Assembly: GCA_016218575.1 (NCBI GenBank)
Contig: JACRDN010000011.1
Span: forward strand, 12,209 to 76,208
Length of the DNA: 64,000 bases
DNA from: Elusimicrobiota bacterium
Lineage (GTDB): Bacteria > Elusimicrobiota > Elusimicrobia > UBA1565 > UBA9628
Reading direction: 5' to 3'
Made by a program: the position numbers and the translations under genes. Positions within the stretch are counted from its first letter, which is position 1, and each line of letters opens with the position of its first letter. Positions 52,770 to 61,472 of this stretch are shown here, piece after piece. Under the pieces are notes generated by a model that was not told the DNA's origin, ran no database searches, and saw nothing but the letters and a program-made list of their open reading frames with translations.

Positions 52770-52909
52770 CCGAGCCCTCTCTGAAAAGAAATTTAACGGA
52801 TAAATGTTAAGAATATTGGTCGCCAAGGGCGTAAGCCGGGAGGGCAATAATACGACGGGAATGGGCCTATCCTCGGCCGGGACCCTGGGCCGGTGCCAGG
52901 CATTCACTC

Positions 52910-52938
52910 TTGAAAATTAAGAGCCGAGCCGCTATCCT
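52910..52938 (+). promoter_or_regulatory. Promoter TTGAAA-N17-TATCCT, 6 nt upstream of ATG 52945
   Basis: Plus strand reads TTGAAAattaagagccgagccgcTATCCTgtacagATG. Confidence 0.55.
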
Positions 52939-52944
52939 GTACAG

Positions 52945-53412
52945 ATGTTGAAGATTTCCTGGAAATGCCTCGCACTCATCCTCGCGGTCGGCGCCGGAGC
53001 GGCGCCTCCCTCTCGGTCCGCGGAATTGGAAGGAGCCCAAAAGCTTACCTGCGTCAAGCAAGGCGAGTACCGCCGCGCGGCCAGCGGCCGCTGCGAAGGG
53101 ACTTTGGAAGTGCAGATAGACCCCAAGAAGCTCCTCATCCTCAACGGGCCGGACGGCTGGCGCGCCGAGGCCTGGGTGGGCGGGATCGTGAGCGTGAAAG
53201 GGCCGGACTGCAACGAACTCGTCTCCAACGGCTCAGCCCGGGAATACCTGGAAGGAAACGCCAACGTCTACCGCGGCAAGCGGCTCATCAAGAACGTCCC
53301 GCTCAAAACCAACCGCTTCCGCGTGGTCGCCGGCCCCGCCTACGGCGGGAAGCTCTACCTGAAGAAAGGGGCGGTCCAGGCGTCGCTGAGCCTCGGGGAG
53401 TTGTCCAACTAA
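52945..53412 (+). CDS. Small secreted hypothetical protein
   Basis: 155 aa. Signal peptide MLKISWKCLALILAVGAGAA. 4 Cys. No family recognised. Confidence 0.55.
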   Translation: MLKISWKCLALILAVGAGAAPPSRSAELEGAQKLTCVKQGEYRRAASGRCEGTLEVQIDPKKLLILNGPDGWRAEAWVGGIVSVKGPDCNELVSNGSAREYLEGNANVYRGKRLIKNVPLKTNRFRVVAGPAYGGKLYLKKGAVQASLSLGELSN

Positions 53413-53483
53413 CGTAGAAATAGGCGCAAGACCACCGGAATAAACTTTCAGGTGAAGTGTTGTATTCCGGCGAGCGGAACATC
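53409..53483 (+). pseudogene. Possible decayed tRNA-Arg-like sequence (tRNA fragment / att remnant)
   Basis: Hand alignment to the sense strand of the intact tRNA at 55283-55357. TAAC matches. ATAGGCGCAAGACC aligns with ATAGTGTGCAAGCC. CAGGT matches. ATTCCGGCGAGCGGAACA aligns with ATTCCTGGCGAGCGCACCA. No cloverleaf can be folded, and the orientation is opposite to the intact gene. Confidence 0.3.
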
Positions 53484-53530
53484 CTTCCCAAGCACGAGCT
53501 ATGTAGTAGAAAAAAGTAGAATACATTCTT

Positions 53531-55132
53531 ATGCGCTGGATGCCTGCGTATCCGGAGCGCCTGTTTATGCTCGCAGCCGCGCTTTGCTGCATTTTTCCGC
53601 CCGAGGAGAGCCGGGCGGCATCCGGGAATGAGCCGGACATCCCCTATCAAGTTAGCGGTTTCCAAAAGATTTTCTCACTACTGCCCATCTTCGCCGACAA
53701 GGTTTGGCATGAACATATTCCGTATGAAAACGTCCCAGTTCTCGTCTATGATCCCGCAAGCAGGGATGCTTATCTCATCAATCATCCCCGCCCCGGAAAC
53801 TTCCAGCCCACCAGCTATACCGTCAATGGGAAGCCCATATACAAAGGACAAGTAGATCCCAAAGAGAGCCTGCCGGGTGCCCGGTGTTGCAGCATGATTG
53901 CAGGCATACCCACAGTCACATTCGCTTTCAGCCAAGAGCAATCCCTCCTTGATGGCATTCAGGCCTTTATTCATGAAGGTTTCCACTATTATCAAATGAG
54001 CGGCCCCTATCGCTCCGGCCATCACGACGAGATCGAAAAAATGAAGCGGACGTTCCTCCTGGGCATCCCTCGCACGGTCGAGTACGACAAGGATCTTGCG
54101 GCTGAATCCAAGATGCTTTTCGACCTGACCAACGACACCGCCGCTGCTAGGACAAACCCTAGCGGAATCCAAGAGCTTGCCGCAGTTGAGACAATGCGCA
54201 AGGCCAAGTTAAAACCGGAGATCAGCGCGGGCGAGGATTGGGAATTTCTCATCGAAGGATCGGCCGTTTTTGTCGAATTGCGCGGTCTTGAGTTGTTGCT
54301 TGAAGAAGCGCAGCGGCAGTCCGGGCAGAGCCATTTCGATTTCCCTCTGTCTACCGCAACTCTGATAGAGGATATCGAGAGGTATCGCCGCCATTATGGC
54401 CCCGCCATGCTCCGAAATCAGATTCATCTGAGCGGAATGGCGGGAGGAGAGATGACTTATCGTTACGGCCTCGCCATGATACGCGTACTGGAAGTCTTTG
54501 GCAAGAAAGACTGGTCTGATAGGCTCTTCCCCTTCCCAGACAATGGTGCGGATTTTAAGAACCACTTGAGAGCCAGGAGCTTGTTCAGAAAAATCCTGGA
54601 GACCGCGCAGCTCTCCAAGGCCCAGACGCGTCGCATGTATGGGGCCGTGCGAAAACGTCTTGTCTCTAAAGCCGATGAGGATTTCATCACGGAGAAGCTC
54701 CAGATCGAGAAACGCCTAGATGACTATCCTTTTTGCCAAGGCTGGACGTACGAGGTGGAGGCTGGCGGCTGGGTCAATACCTATTTTGACTTTCTTACCG
54801 GCACCATGCTCTCGGGCGCGAGCCCTTTTCCCGCCGCCTATCTCCAGGGTCTCTTCAAGCTTGAAACCCAGGACAAACGTCTTGTCGTTGAGAAAATTTC
54901 TATTCCCATCGTATCGAATATGGTCACCGGCACGATGCGGTTCAAGGATTGCGGCCGCGCCTTCGAAGATGCCGCCGTCGAATGTGCCGCGCGTAAAGGA
55001 GACGCCTGCGGCGCTCTCACGTTGAAGATCGCAGGCCTCACCTTAAAAGCGCACGATGCCGCCATCATCCATGATCGAAACGCTTCCAGGTCCCGCATAA
55101 CATTCCTAAAAACTGACTTTCCAGGGCGCTAG
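53531..55132 (+). CDS. Hypothetical protein with an HExxH motif (putative secreted zinc metallopeptidase)
   Basis: 533 aa. Hydrophobic N-terminus LFMLAAALCCIFPP. FIHEGFHYYQ contains HEGFH. GC is lower than the flanks (hand counts 28/60 and 32/60 on two lines). TAGAAT lies 8 nt upstream of the ATG. The last ~10 codons appear to derive from a toxin-gene remnant. Confidence 0.55.
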   Translation: MRWMPAYPERLFMLAAALCCIFPPEESRAASGNEPDIPYQVSGFQKIFSLLPIFADKVWHEHIPYENVPVLVYDPASRDAYLINHPRPGNFQPTSYTVNGKPIYKGQVDPKESLPGARCCSMIAGIPTVTFAFSQEQSLLDGIQAFIHEGFHYYQMSGPYRSGHHDEIEKMKRTFLLGIPRTVEYDKDLAAESKMLFDLTNDTAAARTNPSGIQELAAVETMRKAKLKPEISAGEDWEFLIEGSAVFVELRGLELLLEEAQRQSGQSHFDFPLSTATLIEDIERYRRHYGPAMLRNQIHLSGMAGGEMTYRYGLAMIRVLEVFGKKDWSDRLFPFPDNGADFKNHLRARSLFRKILETAQLSKAQTRRMYGAVRKRLVSKADEDFITEKLQIEKRLDDYPFCQGWTYEVEAGGWVNTYFDFLTGTMLSGASPFPAAYLQGLFKLETQDKRLVVEKISIPIVSNMVTGTMRFKDCGRAFEDAAVECAARKGDACGALTLKIAGLTLKAHDAAIIHDRNASRSRITFLKTDFPGR

Positions 55133-55264
55133 CCGATGTACTCCCGGCGAATCAATATCCAGCATCGGCTGGTCTATCAGGTCATTGAGGGAAGAGGCAC
55201 CGTGATGGGGGATATTGAGGAGGCACCACTCGCCGCTGCCGTTGCCCTGAATACGCCCGTTTAA
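55103..55264 (+). pseudogene. Remnant of a YoeB/Txe-family type II toxin gene
   Basis: The same frame reads FLKTDFPGR-stop-P-MYSRRINIQHRLVYQVIEGRGTV. Compare E. coli YoeB PLKHNLSGFWSRRITEEHRLVYAV. The N-terminal half and the C-terminal RYHY end are missing, and there is an in-frame TAG at 55130. Confidence 0.55.
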
Positions 55265-55282
55265 AAGACCCAGGGCGGCCAG

Positions 55283-55357
55283 TGGTGCGCTCGCCAGGAA
55301 TCGAACCTGGATATCAAGCTTCGCAGGCTTGCACACTATCCTTTGTGTTACGAGCGC
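55283..55357 (-). tRNA. tRNA-Arg (anticodon GCG), CCA encoded
   Basis: Sense strand: GCGCTCG TA ACAC AAAGGATA GTGT G CAAGC CTGCGAA GCTTG ATAT CCAGG TTCGATT CCTGG CGAGCGC A CCA. 7-bp acceptor stem, 4-bp D stem, 5-bp anticodon stem and 5-bp T stem. U33 and the GG and TTCGA motifs are present. Confidence 0.85.
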
Positions 55358-55368
55358 GTGGAAAAAGA

Positions 55369-56430
55369 TTATAGCAAATGAGGGAAACGACCCAGCAGCT
55401 CTTCCCAGAGCGGCTTGACCCGAGGCCAGGAGGACTTCTCGGCGAGCCCGCGGCCCTCTTGGGAAAGCCGGGCGGCAAGCTCGGGCTCGGCCAGAAGCCG
55501 GGCCGCGGCCTGGGCCAGGCCGCGGGCGTCGCCTCTCTCCACTAGAAGCCCGGTTTTCTCATGCTCCAGGAGATAGGCGATCCCCGGCGCCTTGGTGGCG
55601 ACCACGGGCAGGCCGGAGGCGCAGGCCTCGAGGACGCTCACGGGGGTGTTGTCCACGCGGTTGGTGTTCAAGAAAATGTCGTGAGCCGTGAATTCCCTCC
55701 TTTTCGCCGCCGCGTTCAGGAATCCCGAGAAGCGCACGGAGCCCTCAAGACCCTTGGCGCGGACAAGTTCCTTAATGAAAGCCTCGCGTCCCTTGTCCTG
55801 CCCGGCCATGGTGAGGGTCGCCCCGGGATGAGTTTTTTTGAGGATCTCCAGGGCTTCCACGGCCAACTCGGGATGGTACAGCGGATGGAAGGTGCGCATC
55901 CAAAGCAAGGAGGGCTTGAGCTCGCGGCGCGGATGGAAACCATACTGGCCAAGTTCAAGAACATTGGGGATGACTTCCACGTCCAACCCCCAGTTTTTGA
56001 AGAACTCCGAAAGATACCGACTGGGAGCCAACAGGACGTCGGCGCGGCTTAGGACTTGCCGAACCCAGACGGGGTGCCTTTGGGCGAATTCAGGAAGGTT
56101 GCCGCCGTGGAGGGCCAAGATCAAGGGCTTGCCTAGGATACGTCCCGCGAGCAGGCTCATGAGGTCGGCCAGGACAAAGGCCGGCCCGCTGAACACCAGG
56201 AGGACGACGACGTCAACGTCCCGGCGCCAGCGCAGGAGGGAAATCCCCATGTCGAAGAGGCGCAGGAAGCGGTTGGGGATGCGCGAGGCGGCAAAAACGG
56301 AAAAGCCATCCCGCGACAGGAGCTCTTCCAGCACCTCGCCCTGGCTCGTGACCCAACCGGGGTTTGCCCCCAAGAGAGGCCCCAGGAGGCAGAGCCGCGC
56401 CGAAGCGACGCGCTTTTTCATGTCCATCAT
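55369..56430 (-). CDS. Glycosyltransferase family 4
   Basis: 353 aa. GT-B pattern with LHGGNLPEF, the RVDNTPVSVLEACASGLPVVAT (EX7E region), and GLLVERGD. Confidence 0.8.
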   Translation of the reverse strand: MMDMKKRVASARLCLLGPLLGANPGWVTSQGEVLEELLSRDGFSVFAASRIPNRFLRLFDMGISLLRWRRDVDVVVLLVFSGPAFVLADLMSLLAGRILGKPLILALHGGNLPEFAQRHPVWVRQVLSRADVLLAPSRYLSEFFKNWGLDVEVIPNVLELGQYGFHPRRELKPSLLWMRTFHPLYHPELAVEALEILKKTHPGATLTMAGQDKGREAFIKELVRAKGLEGSVRFSGFLNAAAKRREFTAHDIFLNTNRVDNTPVSVLEACASGLPVVATKAPGIAYLLEHEKTGLLVERGDARGLAQAAARLLAEPELAARLSQEGRGLAEKSSWPRVKPLWEELLGRFPHLL

Positions 56431-57602
56431 ATGGTATCACGCTTTCGCGCAAGCCAGGCCACGGTCTCGATGTGATCCGTGTGGGGAAATAGATCCACGG
56501 ATTCGACCCTCTCGATGGAGTAGAACCGGGTCAAGGCCCCGAGGTCGCGGGCCAAGGCCTCGGGGTTGCAGGAGACGTAAAAGAGAGACTCGGGCCGGCA
56601 GGAAAGCAAGACCTCGAGGGCCTTGGGATGAAGTCCGGCCCGGGGCGGGTCCAAGACCACGAGCTCGGGCCCAATGTCGAGCAAGGCGGCAAGCAAGACT
56701 TCCACCGCGCCGCAGTAAAATTGGGTGTTTTTGATCCCGTTGAGGCTTGCGTTGGCCCTGGCGTCCTCGATGGAGGAGGCTTGCAGCTCCGCTCCGGTCG
56801 CCTTTTGACAGAGGGAGGCCAAGGACAAGGCGATGCCCCCGCCTCCGCAGTAGAGGTCCAAAATCGCCTTGGGGCCGAGTTCCTTGGCCCAGGAGCGCAG
56901 AAGACCGTAGAGAAGCTCGGTTCCGCGCGTGTTGGTCTGGAAAAAGGAATGAGGAGAGACGCGGAAGCTCAATTTCTCCTCCGGGAAGCGCAGGCTCTCC
57001 GTGATCACGCCGGAACCCATCAAGATCTCCATGGAGTCGGACACCGCCGTGTCCGAGGATTTCCCATTGACCCCCCGCAGTATGGTCGTGGCGGGGTAGG
57101 CCTCGCTCACGGCCCGGGCGAAGGACTCTCCGGGAAAGGCGCCCGGGGCCGTGACCAGGAGGACCAGGCGCTCCCCGCTGTTCTTGGCCTCGCGGACCAC
57201 CAGGTGGCGCAGAAATCCCGTGTGCCTGCGGCTATTATAAGGAAGAATCCCCTCCCGGCCGGCCCAACGCCTCACCGCCTCGAGCAGGGCCGGCGTCTCT
57301 GGAGAGAGGAGAAAGCATTCCCGCAAGTCCAGGATTTGATACCAGCGCCCCTTGGGCTTGAGCCCCAAATATAGGGAGGGCCCTCCCGGAATCGGCGGGT
57401 ACACGTCGCCGAAGCTGAACTCCATCTTGTTGCGGTAGAACCAAGGATCGGGAGAGGGATGAATCCTGCCCGGCTTGGCGCCGACGGGCTCAAGGAGCAG
57501 GCTCACTTTCCCCAACTTGAGGGAGAGTTGATCCTCGTAGGAGAGATCCTGAAGGGAGCAGCCGCCGCAGGAGCCGAAATGCGAGCAGCGGGGCGGGCTC
57601 AC
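56427..57602 (-). CDS. 23S rRNA (uracil-5-)-methyltransferase, RlmD/RumA family (no TRAM domain)
   Basis: GTG start (GTGA overlap with the ychF stop). CSHFGSCGGCSLQDLSYEDQL is an Fe-S Cys cluster. LDLYCGGGGIAL is SAM motif I. DPPRAG. YVSCNP. Confidence 0.8.
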   Translation of the reverse strand: MSPPRCSHFGSCGGCSLQDLSYEDQLSLKLGKVSLLLEPVGAKPGRIHPSPDPWFYRNKMEFSFGDVYPPIPGGPSLYLGLKPKGRWYQILDLRECFLLSPETPALLEAVRRWAGREGILPYNSRRHTGFLRHLVVREAKNSGERLVLLVTAPGAFPGESFARAVSEAYPATTILRGVNGKSSDTAVSDSMEILMGSGVITESLRFPEEKLSFRVSPHSFFQTNTRGTELLYGLLRSWAKELGPKAILDLYCGGGGIALSLASLCQKATGAELQASSIEDARANASLNGIKNTQFYCGAVEVLLAALLDIGPELVVLDPPRAGLHPKALEVLLSCRPESLFYVSCNPEALARDLGALTRFYSIERVESVDLFPHTDHIETVAWLARKRDTI

Positions 57603-58666
57603 GAAAACTTAAAGAAGCAGACGTCCCCATCCTTGACCACGTACTCCTTGCCCTCGGAGCGGATGAGGCCCTTGTCGCGCAGGACGGCTTCCTTAAGACG
57701 AGCGTCGATGTCCCGAAAGGAATAGACGTCGGCCCGGATGAAGCCCTTCTCGAAGTCGGTATGGATCACCCCCGCGGCCTGGGGCGCCTTGCAGCCGGCC
57801 GGGATGGTCCAGGCCCGGACCTCGTCCTCCCCCGCCGTGAAATAGCTGCACAGCCCCAAAAGTCTATACGAGGAGATGATGACTCGACAAAGTCCGGTTT
57901 CCTTGAGCCCGAGCTCCCCCATGAAGGCTTGCCTTTCCTCCGGCTCCAAGGCCGCGATCTCGGCCTCGAGCTTTGAGCACAAGGTCAGACTCTCGGCGCC
58001 GCGCTCGGCCGTGAACTTGCGGAAATCCTCGAGCACCGCGGGGTCCGGCTTCTCGTCGGTGTTTCCCACGTACAGGATGGGCTTGGCCGTGAGGAGGAAA
58101 AAATCCCGCAGGAGCTTGGGGTCGAGCCCCAATTGCCGGGCGGGCTTGCCCTCCTCGAGGCCCTTCTTGACCTTCTCGAGCACGCCCAAGACCTCGCGCG
58201 CCGCCTTGTCGCCGGACTTGGCCTTGCCGGAGACCTTCTCGAACTGTTTCTCGAGGCTGGCCAGATCCGCCAGGATGAGCTCCATCTCTATGATCTCGAC
58301 GTCGCGCCGGGCGTCCACCGAGCCCATGGTGTGGACCACGTCGGGATCGCGGAAAAGCCGGACCATGTGCAGAATCGCGTCCACCTCGCGGATATGGGAA
58401 AGAAATTTGTTGCCCAGGCCCTCGCCGGAAGCCGCGCCCTTGACCAGGCCCGCGATGTCCACGAAGCGCACCATGGCCGGGGTCGTTTTCTTGGGATGGA
58501 AAAGTTCGGTCAAACGCCCCAGGCGCGCGTCCGGGACGGCCACGACCCCCACGTTGGGCTCGATGGTGGTGAAGGGGTAATTGGAGGCCGCGGCGTGGCC
58601 CGAGGTTAAGGCGTTGAAAATGGTGGATTTCCCGACATTGGGGAGTCCGACTATGCCTATCTCCAT
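57599..58666 (-). CDS. ychF: Redox-regulated ATPase YchF
   Basis: MEIGIVGLPNVGKSTIFNALT, DIAGLVKGAS.GEGLGN.FL. C-terminal TGS-like domain AWTI..G..AP.AAG.IH.DFE.GFIRA. Confidence 0.95.
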   Translation of the reverse strand: MEIGIVGLPNVGKSTIFNALTSGHAAASNYPFTTIEPNVGVVAVPDARLGRLTELFHPKKTTPAMVRFVDIAGLVKGAASGEGLGNKFLSHIREVDAILHMVRLFRDPDVVHTMGSVDARRDVEIIEMELILADLASLEKQFEKVSGKAKSGDKAAREVLGVLEKVKKGLEEGKPARQLGLDPKLLRDFFLLTAKPILYVGNTDEKPDPAVLEDFRKFTAERGAESLTLCSKLEAEIAALEPEERQAFMGELGLKETGLCRVIISSYRLLGLCSYFTAGEDEVRAWTIPAGCKAPQAAGVIHTDFEKGFIRADVYSFRDIDARLKEAVLRDKGLIRSEGKEYVVKDGDVCFFKFS

Positions 58667-58674
58667 GTAGCGTG

Positions 58675-58691
58675 CCTCCTCCGCGAGGAGG
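58675..58691 (-). promoter_or_regulatory. Hairpin pairing the ychF Shine-Dalgarno sequence with an upstream anti-SD
   Basis: mRNA sense: CCUCCUC-GCG-GAGGAGG, then CACGCUAC, then AUG. A perfect 7-bp stem whose 3' arm is the SD. Confidence 0.35.
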
Positions 58692-58837
58692 CGCGCAGCG
58701 GAGGGAGCGCTTATAGTATAAAATTTTTAGTCCGTCTTTTTGGACCTGAAGGCCTAACCGGCCCTGGGCCCTTTGACAAGGCCTCCCTGCCCTTAGGTCC
58801 CACGCCGGATCACGCGGGTTTACATAGAATCAGTCCC

Positions 58838-61222
58838 ATGAAAAATACACTCAAGAAGCTGTCTTCTTTGCTCCTGGCCTCTTCCCTTTTCGCCTCTTCC
58901 TTCGGAGCCCCCTCGGTTTGGGCCGAAGCGGCCAAAATCCCATCTCGGCCCGCAACCAAGATATCCTTGGCTCTGCCCACGGCCATGGTCGCTTATCACA
59001 GAACCCTCGCGATCCGAGTGGGCCGCGGGCAAACGCCCGCGGCCGGAAGAGCACCGACTCATACGCGCGCCCCGCTCCTAAACCGCCTGCGGCAGAGCGT
59101 TTCCCGCGGCGTCTCCGCCGTAACGAGGATTTTCGATACCGCCTCCCGGCGCGAGCCCGCCCTGGCGGGCTTCCTCGGCACGGGCTTCCGGCCGGGCCGG
59201 CCGCCTTTGTCCTTGCCCGACGGCCGGAGAACCGATCCGGCCCCCAAATCACCCAATCCCCGCACGGTTCCCACGGCCAGCTTCGATGAATTCCTGTCCG
59301 GGCCCTCCTGGAAGCCGGGGATTTTCGACGCGGCCCCCAAGGTCCTCGACGCAGACCCAAACGACCAAGACGCCATCGAGCAGGCCCTGCGCCGGCTCGT
59401 GGACTTGGACAAGGCGAAGTACGGCGTCGAGAGCAACCAGCTCGTCAAGGTGCACATCCACCGCGAGCCGGGCCGCGGCGATCAGGCGGACAACATCATC
59501 GCGCTGTTCGAGCAGGAGGGTCAGATAGTAACCGCCAGCGGCATGGCCCAAGGCGTGCCGGTGGACAATTCGCAGCTGGCCTTCGCCATGAAGGTGGAAA
59601 ACGGCAGGGCCGTCGTCTACGCGACCGTCACCAACCTCTTCAAGAAAGTGAAGGTAAGCCCCAAGCAAGCAGGCAAAACCGCGCTGCAGGACGACAGACT
59701 CCTGTCCAAGGTCATCGCTTACCTCGGTCGCCCCCCCGAAGGGGGCGAGTGGAACCTGGAGGCCGCGGGGCATCGCATCATCCATTACCGGAAGGCCTGG
59801 AGGGCCGTTTCCCTCTACTACGCCCAGGGCCAGCCCTACCGCATCGCGGCCGATAGGCTCACCGGGGAGGTCTTCGTCTGGGACGGCCGCCAAGGAACGG
59901 ACTCCCAGGACGCCAAGAGCGCCTCGGGCCGGATCATGGGAAAGGGCGTTGATTTGGAGACCACAGAAGAGTCCCAACCGCTCAAGACCAGCCCCATGCC
60001 CTACATCACCATCAACATCCCCGCCGACGCGGAGTCGAGCCTGGCCGGCAAGACCGTGACCACGGACAAGGACGGGCGCGTCAAGATAGACACCCGCGGA
60101 GAGAAACCGATCAAGGCTTGGGCCGAGCTTTCCGGCCCGAGCCTCAGCATCTTCGATCGAAGCGGGACCCAGCATGTCCGGATCGAGGTGGAATTGATTC
60201 CCGGAGAGGAGACCACGGCGGTCTTCAACGACGCGGGCACGGACGTGAGGCTCACGGGGATGGTAAACGTCTGGCTGGTGCACCACGACATCGCGGACTG
60301 GGTGCAGAAAAATGGAGCCAGCAACGACGAGAGGGTCAAGAGGGCGATCCGCGCCTACAACAACCTCCAGGACGCCTGCAACGCCCACTACACCATGGCC
60401 ACCATCAACTTCTACGATGCCAGCGACGAATGCGTCAACACGGCCCTTCTCATCTCGGTGATCCGCCATGAGGACGGCCACAACTTCGACGATGCCCTGG
60501 GCGGGATCGGCAGGCTCAGCGAGGCCGTGGGCGACGTCGTCGCCATGTTCCGCAGCGGAGTCTTCATCCTGGGCAAGGGATTCTTCAAGAATGAAACTCC
60601 CAGCTGGGTGCGCAACGAAGAGGAAAGCAACAACAAGCAGTACCGCGGGCCCAACCAAGAGGTGCACGAGCTCGGGGAGATCACGGGAGCCATCGCCGTC
60701 AAGATCCTGAAGGCCATCGAGCGCTCCATGGGCGACGCCGCCAAGGCCGTGGCCTACACCGCCCCATTGCTCCTGCATGTCCTCCTCTATGCCAAGCCGC
60801 GGACCATCCCCCAGTTCGTCAATTTGGCACTGATCGCGGACCGGGACCAAAGCGGCAACGCCCCCAACACCCCGGCCATCATCGCCGCGGCCAAGGCCCA
60901 CGGGGTCACGGCCCAAACCACGGTGACGGGGCTTGTCTCGCGTCTCATGCCCGTGAAGGTCAAGCCTACGGTCCGAAGCCTGTCCGTTGATGAGTCCTCA
61001 CCCGCCGCCGAGGCCACGGCGAAGGCCACGTTCACCCTCAGGGCCGGGATACTCGTCCGCGGGCAGATCCGCAACGAGATCAGCAAGTACTGCGATTACT
61101 ACAAGCTCAAGTACGACATCAAGGAATACCGGGATTGGCTCGGCTCGGACTTTCTGATCTCGGTCGAAGGGCCGCAGAGCCTCGTCCAGACCTTGGTCCA
61201 CAGACTGCAGGCATTGAATTAA
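58838..61222 (+). CDS. Large secreted protein with a gluzincin-like HExxH...E motif (putative metalloprotease)
   Basis: 794 aa. Signal peptide MKNTLKKLSSLLLASSLFASSFGAPSVWA, followed by a Pro/Arg/Ala-rich segment. VIRHEDGHNFDDALGGIGRLSEAVGD gives HEDGH plus an xEAxxD block as in thermolysin-type enzymes. TAGAAT lies 7 nt upstream of the ATG. Confidence 0.55.
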   Translation: MKNTLKKLSSLLLASSLFASSFGAPSVWAEAAKIPSRPATKISLALPTAMVAYHRTLAIRVGRGQTPAAGRAPTHTRAPLLNRLRQSVSRGVSAVTRIFDTASRREPALAGFLGTGFRPGRPPLSLPDGRRTDPAPKSPNPRTVPTASFDEFLSGPSWKPGIFDAAPKVLDADPNDQDAIEQALRRLVDLDKAKYGVESNQLVKVHIHREPGRGDQADNIIALFEQEGQIVTASGMAQGVPVDNSQLAFAMKVENGRAVVYATVTNLFKKVKVSPKQAGKTALQDDRLLSKVIAYLGRPPEGGEWNLEAAGHRIIHYRKAWRAVSLYYAQGQPYRIAADRLTGEVFVWDGRQGTDSQDAKSASGRIMGKGVDLETTEESQPLKTSPMPYITINIPADAESSLAGKTVTTDKDGRVKIDTRGEKPIKAWAELSGPSLSIFDRSGTQHVRIEVELIPGEETTAVFNDAGTDVRLTGMVNVWLVHHDIADWVQKNGASNDERVKRAIRAYNNLQDACNAHYTMATINFYDASDECVNTALLISVIRHEDGHNFDDALGGIGRLSEAVGDVVAMFRSGVFILGKGFFKNETPSWVRNEEESNNKQYRGPNQEVHELGEITGAIAVKILKAIERSMGDAAKAVAYTAPLLLHVLLYAKPRTIPQFVNLALIADRDQSGNAPNTPAIIAAAKAHGVTAQTTVTGLVSRLMPVKVKPTVRSLSVDESSPAAEATAKATFTLRAGILVRGQIRNEISKYCDYYKLKYDIKEYRDWLGSDFLISVEGPQSLVQTLVHRLQALN

Positions 61223-61436
61223 GCCGTCAAGACAAGTCCGTGAACTGTCGCCGGCGAAAGTTGGACTGAAAATATATATAAAGGCAGCAGTTTTTACAGA
61301 TCAGGCCGCCTCACTCGTTCACGGCTTTACGATGAAGTACCTTTTCAAAAGCCTCGGTCGCGGGCTCACCAGTCTTTTCATCATTTTGGCAAGCCAAAAA
61401 TTCGAAAAAGCCCGGGAACATGGAGATGACATCCTA

Positions 61437-61465
61437 TTGACGCTTGTGCAACGGTCTGTTAGAAT
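61437..61465 (+). promoter_or_regulatory. Near-consensus promoter TTGACG-N17-TAGAAT, 7 nt upstream of ATG 61473
   Basis: Plus strand reads TTGACGcttgtgcaacggtctgtTAGAATaccgcccATG. No SD is possible. Confidence 0.6.
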
Positions 61466-61472
61466 ACCGCCC

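Noticed and set aside
52861-52900. cggtgccaggcattc as a direct-repeat copy of the tRNA-Arg 3' end (tggtgcgctcgccaggaatc), which would mark a larger island
   Set aside because: The match requires a 6-nt deletion and leaves only short identical runs. This is compatible with chance in GC-rich sequence.
54970-55100. Remnant of the cognate YefM/Phd antitoxin upstream of the YoeB fragment
   Set aside because: Only a vague resemblance exists (AAIIHDRNASRSRITFL versus PILITRQNGEACVLMSL). This is too weak and lies within a continuous 533-aa ORF.
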